Shown here: positions 10,440-21,727 of the stretch, in pieces
Numbering within the stretch: position 1 is the first letter of the stretch
Layout: every line of letters begins with the position of its first letter
Source of the DNA: Histomonas meleagridis 2922-C6/04-290x
Lineage: Eukaryota; Protista; Parabasalia
NCBI GenBank assembly: GCA_020184695.1
Contig: JAANOX010000201.1
Span: 13,718-77,717 of the forward strand
Direction: 5' to 3'
Length of the DNA stretch: 64,000 nucleotides
Program-made: the position numbers and the translations under genes
The notes under the pieces: generated by a model
The model's input: the letters and a program-made list of their open reading frames with translations, nothing else
What the model was told of the DNA's origin: nothing
Databases searched by the model: none

Positions 10440-10742
10440 TAAAAATTTTGTTGTGTTTGATGTTTGGCACTTTTTGTTTTGATGTTTTTTTCCAAATCTT
10501 TTAAATACTGTTTAAGTGAGTTCTAAAGAGTTTATAATTTTAGTTGTCCTAATAATCCCTGCATAAATATGAAAATGGATTATATTGATTTGAGATTAAT
10601 TCATTAAAATTTTGTATTAAAGATTAGATTAAAATTTTATTGGAAATAGATCATAAACAAGTTTTCTCAGATTAATTTCATTTATAAATCTATTTTATTT
10701 AACATTAATGATTAAAATTAAAACGCCTTTCATTATTAAGAA

Positions 10743-11996
10743 ATGTTATATGAAAATAAAATACAGAATTCAAAAAAAATGAAGAAAAATGGAATGTCTA
10801 AACCCAAGAAAATTATGATTACTATTTTAGTTATTTTAATATGTATTGCTTTATATTTTATTTTTAGAAACAAAAAGGAAGATGAAATTAGTGATCTTCC
10901 ACTTCCATATATTTACAATACAGAATTTTTAAACACTCTTAATACATTTCAGTCTTTAGAAAATCATAATGAAATCCTTGTTATTCACGGTTCCAAAGGT
11001 ATTGGAAAATCACGCGGTTTATTAGAGTTTTCCAATAAAGTTTTAACAGAGAACCGACTTGTAATTAATTTTGATTTTCAAATGCTTCAAAACATTTCCA
11101 CAGATGCCGACATCATTGAATTAATTCGACATTCTCTCATATACAGTTTCCAAAAATTTGATGGACATCTTTATCGACAAAAGAGCATTCAAGAATCGCT
11201 TGATCTCCTTAAATCTCTTACCCATGTATTTCAAGTTCGCAATTCCAAATTAGAATCGCAATCCATCAAAGACACCAAACTTCTTCAATGCCTTAACTCC
11301 ATTCTTCGTCTTATTTCGCCTCTTCCCAACAAGCCCTCCATTTCTATTAACTTTATGTTCAAAGGCTTCGAAGCGATATCCAAATCATTCCGTCCGATCA
11401 TCATCATCAACTCGCCCGAAAACCTTGCCAATATCAATACGACTTTTGCGCAATCCATTTACAGTAGCTTTTTAGATGCATTACAACAATCTCAACATGA
11501 CTCAACACATTACGGAATCATCATCGAAGTCAGCGACGAACTGTGGCTACTGACGCAACTAAAGCGCTATTCGACGCATAACGCCAATTTCCGTTTGTTT
11601 AGAGTTCAAGAATTTGATCTCGATGATGCACGAATTCCATTTTTGCCAATGTTTAAACCATCGCAAGAGCAGCGTATGTTCGAACGCTTTGGAGGAAATG
11701 GTAAATACTTTGCCATTGTGCATGAGCTGATGCGAAATGGAGTAACGTTTAACGATGCGTTTAATATGACAAAAGAAAATGTGAAAAAACATTTTGTGGA
11801 TAATATTATTCACAAGGAAAACATTACAAACTTGTTAAAGATAATGAAAGAAAAAGAAATCGAAATCGATTTAAATGATAATAATTTAAAAGAATTGGTC
11901 GAATGTGGAATAATGACTGTGGTGGACGAGAGAAAAGTACAAATCGCCGGACAAGTGTATGAGCACTGTGCTGAAGAGGTAAGAAGTGGCAAATGA
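10743..11996 (+). CDS. N-terminally membrane-anchored P-loop ATPase-domain protein
   Basis: TM helix IMITILVILICIALYFIF; Walker A VIHGSKGIGKS; degenerate Walker B IIIINSPE; helical C-terminus reminiscent of ATPase_2/STAND-like proteins. Confidence 0.65.
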   Translation: MLYENKIQNSKKMKKNGMSKPKKIMITILVILICIALYFIFRNKKEDEISDLPLPYIYNTEFLNTLNTFQSLENHNEILVIHGSKGIGKSRGLLEFSNKVLTENRLVINFDFQMLQNISTDADIIELIRHSLIYSFQKFDGHLYRQKSIQESLDLLKSLTHVFQVRNSKLESQSIKDTKLLQCLNSILRLISPLPNKPSISINFMFKGFEAISKSFRPIIIINSPENLANINTTFAQSIYSSFLDALQQSQHDSTHYGIIIEVSDELWLLTQLKRYSTHNANFRLFRVQEFDLDDARIPFLPMFKPSQEQRMFERFGGNGKYFAIVHELMRNGVTFNDAFNMTKENVKKHFVDNIIHKENITNLLKIMKEKEIEIDLNDNNLKELVECGIMTVVDERKVQIAGQVYEHCAEEVRSGK

Positions 11997-12749
11997 AAAA
12001 GTTATATTATATAATATTTGATTTTAGTGAGTAAAAACGTTTATATCATTGAAATGTAAATTGTAGAAAAACATTTTATGATAATTTGAGCATATATTGG
12101 AGTATCAGTATAATTAGTTAAATTTAAATTTAAACATGTTTCAACCGGCAGAACTTTAATGCAAAAAATGTTTTCTTTCAACGTAGATAGTATCAATATT
12201 ATGATTATTTTGTTTTGCTATAACAATAAGAGCTGTAATAAAGCATCTGCTAAATCATTTTCTTATATGAATTAAATGCGTTTAAGTTATCATCACTTTT
12301 ATTTTTCATATTATTTGACTGAGATTTAACCAAATCATATAAATTAAATTTAACCTGATTTGGATAGCAAACTTTTGGAAATCCAAATAATGAAAATATA
12401 CCACACATTAAGAGGGAAAGAAAGATATTCAAAACTCGAGGGAAATTCCAAAGAAATTACCAATGAATGGGAAAACAGAGTTTTTAATGCAATTTTTCCT
12501 GATGAATTTTCAAAAAAAATTTGAATGACTCTTTTTTAAATTTTTGTTTTTCATTTTTCACTAACAATATTGTTAATCTTGAAGAGGCCATTTTCTCTCT
12601 TAATTCTCTTGATATAAAATTGAGTAACATGTTACGAAACTTATTTCAATTACAACATGTACGACCTAATTTGGGGTGCCCCCGATATATCGTGCACAGA
12701 TAGTTGTATTACAATCAATTAAAAACAATAACGTTAACAAATGATAATT

Positions 12750-14018
12750 TTAGTGATGGCCAGAACACAATCCCAAAGCAGTGCACACCTCATCAAATGG
12801 TATTCCTTCTTCCATGGCATCTATAAACAGGTTGATGCTTTTGTACAATCCGTGACACTCTTTCTTGTAGCCTTCAGGGAAATGGCTGCACACCGCATCC
12901 TTCGTGATTTCCTCTATTTCATTTCCTTTTAACAAATTTTCATTGATTGCGTATGCAAACGTCAAGCACATACTGCAGTGCACCTGCTCGTATCTATTCG
13001 GCGCATATACTTCTTCTTCGTCAATTTCTTCGTTTGCGCTGTCACAAAACTTCAGATTGTTGCACACTTGTTCGTACGAACTCGTCAATTTTAATTGCTG
13101 CGCGATGCCGCCAATCGAAGTGGAGACAATCGCCTTGCAGAGGTTTGCGTGAACCTGCGGCTTTAATGCGTTGCAGAGCGCTACAACTGTCGCGGCGGGT
13201 TTATGTGAGCGGAGAACTTTGTCAACAAACTTAACTGCTTTGGCACAGATAGAACATGTGTCGGCATTGCTGAGGCTCATTGGAAGTTCGAAGTCGCTGA
13301 CGAAATCGTTGTCGTCCATGTCAAGATAAAGTTCAAGATATGAATCATCGTCATCGCTGTTACTTACGCAAAGTTTCAGTTTGTCGCAAACATTGGAAAT
13401 TGAAACTTTCTGCTGAATGAGTTCGGTGATTTTGGTGAGATATTTGGTTATAATGTTGTTGCAAAAGTCACGCCCAATCTTAGGGAACTTAGAACAGAGT
13501 TTTTGCGCTTCTTCTTGAACTTGAATTGGTTTGATTTTCGTTTCAATAATGTTGGAAATAACTGTAACAAGATGTTTGCAAATGGAACATGCAATGCCAT
13601 TCGTAAGGCCTTCTGGAATTTCAAGATCTTCTTCGTCATTCGAATAATAAAAATCTTGATAAGACTCTTTTTCTTCAAAATGATTGTCTATTTGACATTC
13701 ACCTAAATATTTGCAGATGGTTTCTCTGGAGCACTCATAATAAAGTAAAATCACAATCCTCGTTGCTAGATCATCATTTGTAGCATATTTAATACACTTA
13801 CTTTTTGCTTCACTAGATGAAAAAATGTCACACCTTGTCGCGGAAACATACGATTCCTCAAATGCTCGAATGATATTTTTACAAATCGAACAATCATCAG
13901 CATTTGTTGTGACATATTTTGATGTGTGTGGTTTTATCAGATGAATTCTATATTGAGGCCTTTGTCCTGGTTCATTTAAGATTTTCCTTAATAAACTGCA
14001 ACAAAGAAGAGTCAGCAT
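12750..14018 (-). CDS. prosaposin-like protein with four saposin B domains
   Basis: Hydrophobic N-terminus; four CxxC...C...C...C.....C modules (CSICK, CSICKHL, CSICAKA, CSMCLTF) separated by acidic linkers. Confidence 0.88.
   Translation of the reverse strand: MLTLLCCSLLRKILNEPGQRPQYRIHLIKPHTSKYVTTNADDCSICKNIIRAFEESYVSATRCDIFSSSEAKSKCIKYATNDDLATRIVILLYYECSRETICKYLGECQIDNHFEEKESYQDFYYSNDEEDLEIPEGLTNGIACSICKHLVTVISNIIETKIKPIQVQEEAQKLCSKFPKIGRDFCNNIITKYLTKITELIQQKVSISNVCDKLKLCVSNSDDDDSYLELYLDMDDNDFVSDFELPMSLSNADTCSICAKAVKFVDKVLRSHKPAATVVALCNALKPQVHANLCKAIVSTSIGGIAQQLKLTSSYEQVCNNLKFCDSANEEIDEEEVYAPNRYEQVHCSMCLTFAYAINENLLKGNEIEEITKDAVCSHFPEGYKKECHGLYKSINLFIDAMEEGIPFDEVCTALGLCSGHH
13233..13625. 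repeat. 393-bp tract near-identical (inverted) to 39199-39591
   Basis: Manual alignment shows 8 substitutions and no indels; flanks are much more diverged. Confidence 0.9.
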
Positions 14019-14402
14019 TTTGTTGGCAATTTGCCAAATAAACTCTTCAAAAAATCAATAGGTATTAAAATAATTTCAAAGGGGTTTTTTGTCGTAAAAT
14101 CTAACCGTTGTATCGGTAGTTCATCGGCGAAACTCAATCCGAAAAAATAATAATGCTATTTGTCGTTTACAAACTAAAAATAAACACACGAATATCATAT
14201 CCGAGTTCGATATATATGTAATTGTTTTTTTTTGTGTGTGTGTTTTGCTTTGTCGTCCCTTTCATTCAATCCTTTGCAATATGAAACGGTTTTCATTAAC
14301 TGAACGAACAGTAAACATTTTCATTATTTATATATCTCTCATAAAAAACATTTTCCAATTTTCTCATCGTATTAATTAATTTAAGTTACAACGTATGAAT
14401 TT

Positions 14403-17400
14403 TTACTCAGAAGAAGGAGAACTTTCGATGTTATCTAAGTCCATTGGTATCATTTCCAAGTTTCCATCGCATTGTACGACGCAAACGTAACCATTTGAGT
14501 AGCCCAAAGCGAGCGCGCAGAACATGTGTTTCTTTATCACCATTTTTTTCTCAGGCTCATCGACCGGTATCACTCCCAAGTTAAACTTATCATCGATGAA
14601 CAGTACGAAGTCTTCTTTCTTTGTGTTCAGCGCGTTTTTCCACAAAACTATTTTTGCGTCCAACACGAAACTCTTTAAGTTCTGACCGAAGGCGTCGGTC
14701 ACGTAAAACATTTTCCCGATTGTGAATACCACTGAACCATTACCATTTGTTATCATAATATGTTCGATCAACTCTTCGAACTTATAGAACATTTTTGACG
14801 ACGCTTTTGCTGTGTTCCATATTTCGACTTCGTTATCAGAGTTCGAACACGCGATCACACGAAAGTGTTTATTTTGTGCGAATTTTGTTATGTAATTATT
14901 CGCGCGATATATTATCTTTTTACGGTCGACATGTTTTATTAAGTTTTGTTTCGCAAAAAGGATGTTCTTGTTGTTACTGGATATGATATCATTCTCAACA
15001 TAGAAATCAATTTCACTAAACTCTTTAGTGGAATAACGTTTGAGTTTCTTATTAACTTTATCATAACATAATAAACATTCACTCGATTGAAAGAATTTGA
15101 CATTAATTAAATTGTTAATTTTATATGTTTTCGTGATTTTGTTTTTCGTTGATTTGGAATTTGTCGTTTGGAATGGATAAAAGACAATGTTACCTTCAAC
15201 ATCGATATAACAAACATAACCATTATGAATAAATGAATATATACACTTATTTGTTGTTAATGGAATTCGTTTTAACATTTTTTCTTTGATTTGTTTCTTC
15301 GGTTTATTCCTTTTATTTGTTTTAATTTCTTCACCTTGATTATAATTTAAGATGAAATTATATTCTTTAATTGATTGTTCAAATTCTTTATTTAATAGTT
15401 CCAATATTTTCGATGACGATTGGTAATGTATTGAAATGTCTTCAAACTGCGAAATTTCAATTGATTTGTTTGGGGCTTTCAAAATTAAGTCCTGTAGTGA
15501 AAATTTCCTATCGGCCGATTGATTTTCTGATATAATTTTTTCTGACAATTTGAATACGTTATTTTGTTTCAGTTCACATTTCAGTTTTTTCTTTTTTTTG
15601 GTTTGAAAGAATTCTTTAATTTGTTGAATATTATCTAAAGGATATTTGTTGGTAACTTTTTCAGGGGAATACATATGATAATAAGATGAGAAAATAGAGA
15701 TATTTAAAAATGAATTTAATAAATCAAAATTATTTTTATCGATTTGTTTATATAAAGAATTTAAAAAATTAAATTTTTGTTCTTTATTTTCGAAATTTGT
15801 ATATAAGAAAAACAAATCAATGACATATAATATTAACATAACATTTTTAAAATTATTTTGGTTATTCATATTATCCCAAATGACTTTTGACATGAAATCG
15901 AAAATTTTCAATTGTTTTTGATTCTCATTAACTTTAAAACTTAAAATTAAAGGCCAAAGGAACCAAAAGTTATCATTTTGTATATTTATTTTAATATTAT
16001 TATTTAATATTTCATCTATTTTATTATAGTCATTAATTGCTAACATTAAAGTCATACAAAGAATTGAATAATTTGGATATTTTTTAATTTCAACAATTAA
16101 TTTATTCATAAAAGTTAAAATATTTTCTTTTTTAGATTCGTTCATAAATATTGTAATTAAAATATTAAAGTTAATATCAATATTTAACTCATTAATAATC
16201 GATAAAAATTGTAATGAGAAATCATTTTCATCATTAAAATCAATGAAACTTTTCTTGAAATAAAATAATAATAATGAAATAAATCGTTGTTGAATAAGTT
16301 TATTTGAATAAATTATTAATGAAATTCGTTGTACAAGGAAAATATCGATTTTAAATGTTTTCTTTTCATATGATTCTTTACATAATAATACTATTGATTG
16401 ATAATCATTTTCACCGAAATTATAATTCGCAATTAATTCGATCAAATCGATCATTAAATATTTTATTTTTTCATCATTTGTTTGATAGAATTTTATTATG
16501 TTTGGTAAATATGAATTTTTACTTATAATTCGTTGCGCATAAAATATTAACTCTGTTTTCATATGTATTATAATTTGTTGAAGATTTGTTGCGTCACATT
16601 TCTTCCATATATCGAAATTAAACAAAAGTTTCTCAAGGAATTCTTTTGCTGTTTGTTCTTGTTGAATTGATTTAAAAATATCATATAATATATAATAAAG
16701 TTGGAAATTTATATCAAAACCTTTAATGAAATCAATGTTTTCGAATAATGTATTATTATTATTTCCTTTATTCTTTATTAAATATTTTAATGATTTTAAT
16801 AAGTTCAAATCTCCTGATTTCTCTAATAAGTTTTGTGAATTATTAAATGTTTTGGGATTAATTAAGAAATATGATAATGGATGTTGTTTATTTTGTTCGA
16901 TATTATTATTTTCTGATATAATTTCGACGTTTAATTTATTATTTATATTATTATAAAACTTTTCATGTAAATTACTGACTTCGATTGATGTTAAATTTCG
17001 ATTAAATATGTTCAAGTTATTAATAGAACCATATTCATAATCAATGATATTTTTAGGTTGTTCAATATAACATATATTACAATTTAAGTCTTCATTTAAA
17101 AAATTCATTTTAACAAATTCGAATTTAGTATTAACTAAGTTATCTTGAATGATACCTACATAAGGTTTATTATTATTACTTGAAATAACTATTAATAAGA
17201 AATGTGATTTAGTTTCATATTCTAAATAATCATTTCGTGATAAAGCTTTTTGATTAAAGATACTTGCGAATTCGGTAATATGTTCTTTACCATCATTTTC
17301 TTTATATTTGACATTTAAGACATAATTCTTTATATAAATAGTTAATTCAGTATTCGCTGAATCATTTATTTTTAATAAATATAATGTTGCTAAATTCGAA

Positions 17401-20156
17401 TATAATAAATTAATGTCGATTTTAAAACGCATTGTTATAAAAACGTTTTTATTTAAGTCATCACCTTTCAAGCCATTTAATTTAGTGATCGATGTATTAA
17501 ATTTAATAATATTATTATCATTTTCAGTATAATTTGTTGATTCTAAAATTTTTATTAATAATTTGATCATTTTATTATTACTATTACTTAGTTCTAGTAA
17601 TTGTGTAGTTAAAGGTGATGATGAACGAATAGAAGCAATTTTACATAAGAATGGAATTATGATTTTCTTTTGTAATTTAAATGACATTTTTAATTTCATT
17701 TTAATTCCATGGAAATTAAATTTAACTTCTTCTTTTTCATATGATAAAAATCGTAATAAAAGTTGATCAATTAAAGAGTTTTGACATTGTTTTAAGTTAA
17801 ATGGAGAAATAATACAATTTTCATATAATTCTTTGATATATTCTTTAAATAAATTCGTTGATCCAAAAATAGAAAATTGGAATAATAAAAATTGTGGATT
17901 CCTTATAATATACATAAAATCAAATGTTTCTACTATAATTGTTTTAATTATGTTATAATATTTATTAATATTATTTGATTTCCGTATAAATTTCGACATA
18001 TTATTAAGTAAATAATTTGAAGGTAAATAATTATATTTAATTTTCGTTGTTATATAAAATAATTGAAATATTATATCTAAATATTCTTCGTTTTTCTTCT
18101 TACAAAATATTTCATATATATAATCAAATAAATTAATGAAATCATTTGTAAAGTTATTATTTTCTGTTATAATATTTAATATTAATTTAGACAAATTTAA
18201 TGATAATAAATAATATTCAGAAATATCGATTTTTTCGATACATATTTCATATGTATTATGTAACCATTCTATAAATGAATAAAACATTGACTTTTTAGTT
18301 ATATAATGAAATGATTTTTCAATCGCAATGATTATCCAATTCGATATTTCTTCTTCAAATAAAAAATTCATGAATTTAGTACACGTTATTTCATTACCTA
18401 ATAAACCTGAATGTAATGCTTGAAACAAAAATCCAAAAATTATTTTTCTAAATTTAATTATTAAATTTTTCTCATTAATTTCTTTGTTATAAATAATATA
18501 TTGTAATTTTTGTGATAACATTATTGTAATTGATAATAATTCAGTTTTAATGTTTGTATCAAAAAATGTTGGAAATGAACTTAAATAAAAAATTATTTCA
18601 ATCGATATAATTGGATTCGAATTCTTAATTAAATTTACTAAATGTTCCGAACAATAAAATGATAATATCTTTATAATCGTTTGTCGAACTGATATCATTA
18701 AATTATTAATACTATTCTCATAAAAAATCGAATGCTTTTCATTAAATATATTTGTTATAATGTTTTTTTCTAAATTTTTATATATCGTATCAAACGTTTG
18801 AATGTTTGATATAGTATTAACAAATTTTGGTATCTCAATTATATTATAAAATAATGCTAAAAGTATTATAAATGTCGGAACTTCAAAGTTTTGTTCTATT
18901 TCAACAAAAAAATGCGCAAATTTCTCAATGAATGGTATCGAATAATTCAGATTTGACTTGTTTAAGAATTGGACAATCGAATTATTAAATTGACGGAATT
19001 GTTGCGTTAAATATTCAGAGATATTATGAAAGATTAATGGCCTTATTAATATTCTCCTTTTAAATATATTTTTGTTTTTGATTATTTCCATGTTTTCATT
19101 GTTCTCATATTTGTTAATGTTTTTGATTTCTTTTAATATTTCATATTGTTCATCCGGAAATTTTAATTCGGAATTTTCTTCTTTTTCTTTTTGTACTTTA
19201 CATATGATTAATTTAAATAAGCGCTCGCCATAAATTTCAACGAAACTTGTTAAGTTTTTGAAGTTTGTTAATGATGAAATAATTGGAAAAACTTGAGGTT
19301 GGAAATTATCAAAGAATGGTAATAAGATTCGGATAAAATCATCGGATAAATACGTAATGATCTTGTTTTCATTACTGAATAAACTTGAAATGAACTTTAA
19401 AGTGATGTCTGAACATGATGAATATTTATCTTCACTTGACCGACTTTTAGTAGAACTATCATTTTGACTGGATTCACTGATGCTTTGTTCAGAACTTTCA
19501 CTTGGCGACCTTCGTTTTGATATTGGTCTTGCGATATTATTATTTCCATTATTGATCATTATCTTGCAAAGCTTAACAAAAGTTGGGGCAAATGCCTCAG
19601 AAAGTCGATTGTTAACACTAATATGATAAAATATTTGCATAACTGTGTCATATTTAATTTCTTCATTGATAATCTGTGAAACAATGATTTCAAAAAAAGC
19701 TGTGGATGCACTACTTAGTTCTTCATATGCAAGTGAACTTGTAAGACCATTTATAAGTACATATATTTTTTGATTTTTGAGATTGTTTTTGTTTTCTTTA
19801 TATATAAAGGAAATGGCATTATAAAGAACTATAATGGCTGCAAAAGGGGAAATTTCTTTTTCACTACTTGGCTTGATAATACTTTCTAATAGATCCAGAT
19901 CATAAAAAAAATCGAAATTAATTATTTTAAGCATTTCAATATCTTTCATTCCAGCTTTATAGGCCCTGATGATATTTGTTTTTGTGACTCTTTGAAGTTT
20001 TTTAAATGTGTTTTTTTCATTATCTTCAATTGCATAACTTAATTGTTGAAAATCAACTGATTGAAGTGCATTTTTGTAGTATAACACATCATATAATGGC
20101 CCTTCTGGAAATTTTGGATTTCTTTCTGGTAGAGAAAATAATTCCCTAATTTTCAT
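14403..20156 (-). CDS. large BEACH/neurobeachin-family-like scaffold (HEAT, ConA-like, C-terminal WD40); no recognisable BEACH domain
   Basis: Helical N-terminus; beta-rich ConA-like segment (VFITMRFKID...LYLLKI); LLFNFDIW motif typical of BEACH-family N-terminal regions; C-terminal WD40 tail (FRVIACSNSDNEVEIW...EDFVLFIDDKFNLGV). Confidence 0.6.
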   Translation of the reverse strand: MKIRELFSLPERNPKFPEGPLYDVLYYKNALQSVDFQQLSYAIEDNEKNTFKKLQRVTKTNIIRAYKAGMKDIEMLKIINFDFFYDLDLLESIIKPSSEKEISPFAAIIVLYNAISFIYKENKNNLKNQKIYVLINGLTSSLAYEELSSASTAFFEIIVSQIINEEIKYDTVMQIFYHISVNNRLSEAFAPTFVKLCKIMINNGNNNIARPISKRRSPSESSEQSISESSQNDSSTKSRSSEDKYSSCSDITLKFISSLFSNENKIITYLSDDFIRILLPFFDNFQPQVFPIISSLTNFKNLTSFVEIYGERLFKLIICKVQKEKEENSELKFPDEQYEILKEIKNINKYENNENMEIIKNKNIFKRRILIRPLIFHNISEYLTQQFRQFNNSIVQFLNKSNLNYSIPFIEKFAHFFVEIEQNFEVPTFIILLALFYNIIEIPKFVNTISNIQTFDTIYKNLEKNIITNIFNEKHSIFYENSINNLMISVRQTIIKILSFYCSEHLVNLIKNSNPIISIEIIFYLSSFPTFFDTNIKTELLSITIMLSQKLQYIIYNKEINEKNLIIKFRKIIFGFLFQALHSGLLGNEITCTKFMNFLFEEEISNWIIIAIEKSFHYITKKSMFYSFIEWLHNTYEICIEKIDISEYYLLSLNLSKLILNIITENNNFTNDFINLFDYIYEIFCKKKNEEYLDIIFQLFYITTKIKYNYLPSNYLLNNMSKFIRKSNNINKYYNIIKTIIVETFDFMYIIRNPQFLLFQFSIFGSTNLFKEYIKELYENCIISPFNLKQCQNSLIDQLLLRFLSYEKEEVKFNFHGIKMKLKMSFKLQKKIIIPFLCKIASIRSSSPLTTQLLELSNSNNKMIKLLIKILESTNYTENDNNIIKFNTSITKLNGLKGDDLNKNVFITMRFKIDINLLYSNLATLYLLKINDSANTELTIYIKNYVLNVKYKENDGKEHITEFASIFNQKALSRNDYLEYETKSHFLLIVISSNNNKPYVGIIQDNLVNTKFEFVKMNFLNEDLNCNICYIEQPKNIIDYEYGSINNLNIFNRNLTSIEVSNLHEKFYNNINNKLNVEIISENNNIEQNKQHPLSYFLINPKTFNNSQNLLEKSGDLNLLKSLKYLIKNKGNNNNTLFENIDFIKGFDINFQLYYILYDIFKSIQQEQTAKEFLEKLLFNFDIWKKCDATNLQQIIIHMKTELIFYAQRIISKNSYLPNIIKFYQTNDEKIKYLMIDLIELIANYNFGENDYQSIVLLCKESYEKKTFKIDIFLVQRISLIIYSNKLIQQRFISLLLFYFKKSFIDFNDENDFSLQFLSIINELNIDINFNILITIFMNESKKENILTFMNKLIVEIKKYPNYSILCMTLMLAINDYNKIDEILNNNIKINIQNDNFWFLWPLILSFKVNENQKQLKIFDFMSKVIWDNMNNQNNFKNVMLILYVIDLFFLYTNFENKEQKFNFLNSLYKQIDKNNFDLLNSFLNISIFSSYYHMYSPEKVTNKYPLDNIQQIKEFFQTKKKKKLKCELKQNNVFKLSEKIISENQSADRKFSLQDLILKAPNKSIEISQFEDISIHYQSSSKILELLNKEFEQSIKEYNFILNYNQGEEIKTNKRNKPKKQIKEKMLKRIPLTTNKCIYSFIHNGYVCYIDVEGNIVFYPFQTTNSKSTKNKITKTYKINNLINVKFFQSSECLLCYDKVNKKLKRYSTKEFSEIDFYVENDIISSNNKNILFAKQNLIKHVDRKKIIYRANNYITKFAQNKHFRVIACSNSDNEVEIWNTAKASSKMFYKFEELIEHIMITNGNGSVVFTIGKMFYVTDAFGQNLKSFVLDAKIVLWKNALNTKKEDFVLFIDDKFNLGVIPVDEPEKKMVIKKHMFCALALGYSNGYVCVVQCDGNLEMIPMDLDNIESSPSSE

Positions 20157-20886
20157 CCTCCTTTGACACTTTTTTGATATAAAAATATAAAAGTTCGGCT
20201 TTTTAAACGCTTAAGAAAGATTGAAAGGGGAAAAAATTTATTTCAATTTAGGTTATGTAAAATATTCAAAATGACTTTTTCATAATTTATAGTCACCTTG
20301 CTATTTCTTGGCAATTTCTCCATTGTTAATAATTGTCAATTGTTTTTTTCCAAGTCTTTATCCAATTTGAAGTTAAATGAAAAGGCTTGTTATGCTACAA
20401 AAAAGAAAAAAACTCGAAAAAATGTTTTTTTTTAACAAGGATATCAATTCTAACTTAAATTGTTAAACTTCTTCATGCAAAATAACATATCCAACAAGTT
20501 CTTTTTATGGTTTCCCACTAATTGAGTGAAATGAAATAGATTTCATGAACATTATAATAGATAATGATTTCCAAATTGTTATAGAAAGTGATTTAAAATG
20601 GACAACTTTACTGCTTGTAACTTTTTTTTTATACAAAAAAGAAAAAGAAATTTTGGTTTGTGAATAATTCCGAAATTTGATGAGCTTATATATAAGAAAA
20701 GAAAAAAATTATTTCTCAATTTCTCCTCTATTCTTTATTACTTCAAACTATATACAATTAAAGTCTGTAAATAAAATTTTATCACGATTATTTCTTTGTT
20801 GATAATTGAAAGGATTTATAAATCCTTTCAATACTTCAGCTGCCTAACAACTTTTTGAGATTGGTTTCGGTTATTTTATTGTTTGG

Positions 20887-21447
20887 ATGAAAGAAGAAAT
20901 TTCTTTTAAAGTTGTTTTTCTTGGCGATGCAGATGTTGGGAAAACATCAATCATAAACAAATATCTTAACTACAACGAAAAAATAATACCAACAGTTGGG
21001 GCTACAAATTTAAAAAAAAGTATCGATTTGAACGGAGTTTCTTATAATTTAAACATCATGGATACAGCAGGACAAGAAAGATACAGAACGGTTGTTCCCC
21101 TCTATCTTCATGGTGCAAATGCTGCTGTATTAGTTACAGATGTTTCAAAACCGGAATCCTTAGAATCAATTGATTACTGGATGAGCTTCATCAGAGAAAA
21201 TGCTACAGATATATCTGTAATTGTTTTATGTTGTAATAAGATTGATCTTGCAGATGTTCGAGCTTATGATTCGAAAAGTATTCAAGATAAGGCAAACGAA
21301 TACCAAATAACATACTTCGAAACATCAGCTGTGTCTGGTGTAGGAATTTTCAAGCTTTTTGAATTTCTTATTTCAAGACTCGCATGTTCTCAAGCACCTG
21401 ATGTAACAAATCTGAAAGAAGCAAGTAGCGAGTCTTCATGCTGCTAG
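20887..21447 (+). CDS. Rab-family small GTPase
   Basis: GDADVGKTS, PTVG, DTAGQERY, NKID, ETSA and C-terminal CC prenylation motif. Confidence 0.95.
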   Translation: MKEEISFKVVFLGDADVGKTSIINKYLNYNEKIIPTVGATNLKKSIDLNGVSYNLNIMDTAGQERYRTVVPLYLHGANAAVLVTDVSKPESLESIDYWMSFIRENATDISVIVLCCNKIDLADVRAYDSKSIQDKANEYQITYFETSAVSGVGIFKLFEFLISRLACSQAPDVTNLKEASSESSCC

Positions 21448-21727
21448 TGTAATTGTTATTAAAAGAATTTATTATTTCTCATGAGAAATATAAATTTATA
21501 TAAACTATAAAAATCAGTTTTATTGATATAGAATTTAATAATTTTTGCAATCAAAATACAACGCAAAGAAATTTTTCATGTATTTTACGAATCAGTCGAA
21601 ATTTTAATAATATTCAAAAACTTATAACATGATTAATTACAATAAAAATCATATTTTAATTGTGAATTAATATACATAAATTATAAAAATTATTGAGAAT
21701 TCTTGGTTTTAATTCATGATTAGGTTG

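Noticed and set aside
12240-12720. Short coding-like fragments between the ATPase and saposin genes
   Set aside because: Too short and broken to assign; no recognisable motif or element ends.
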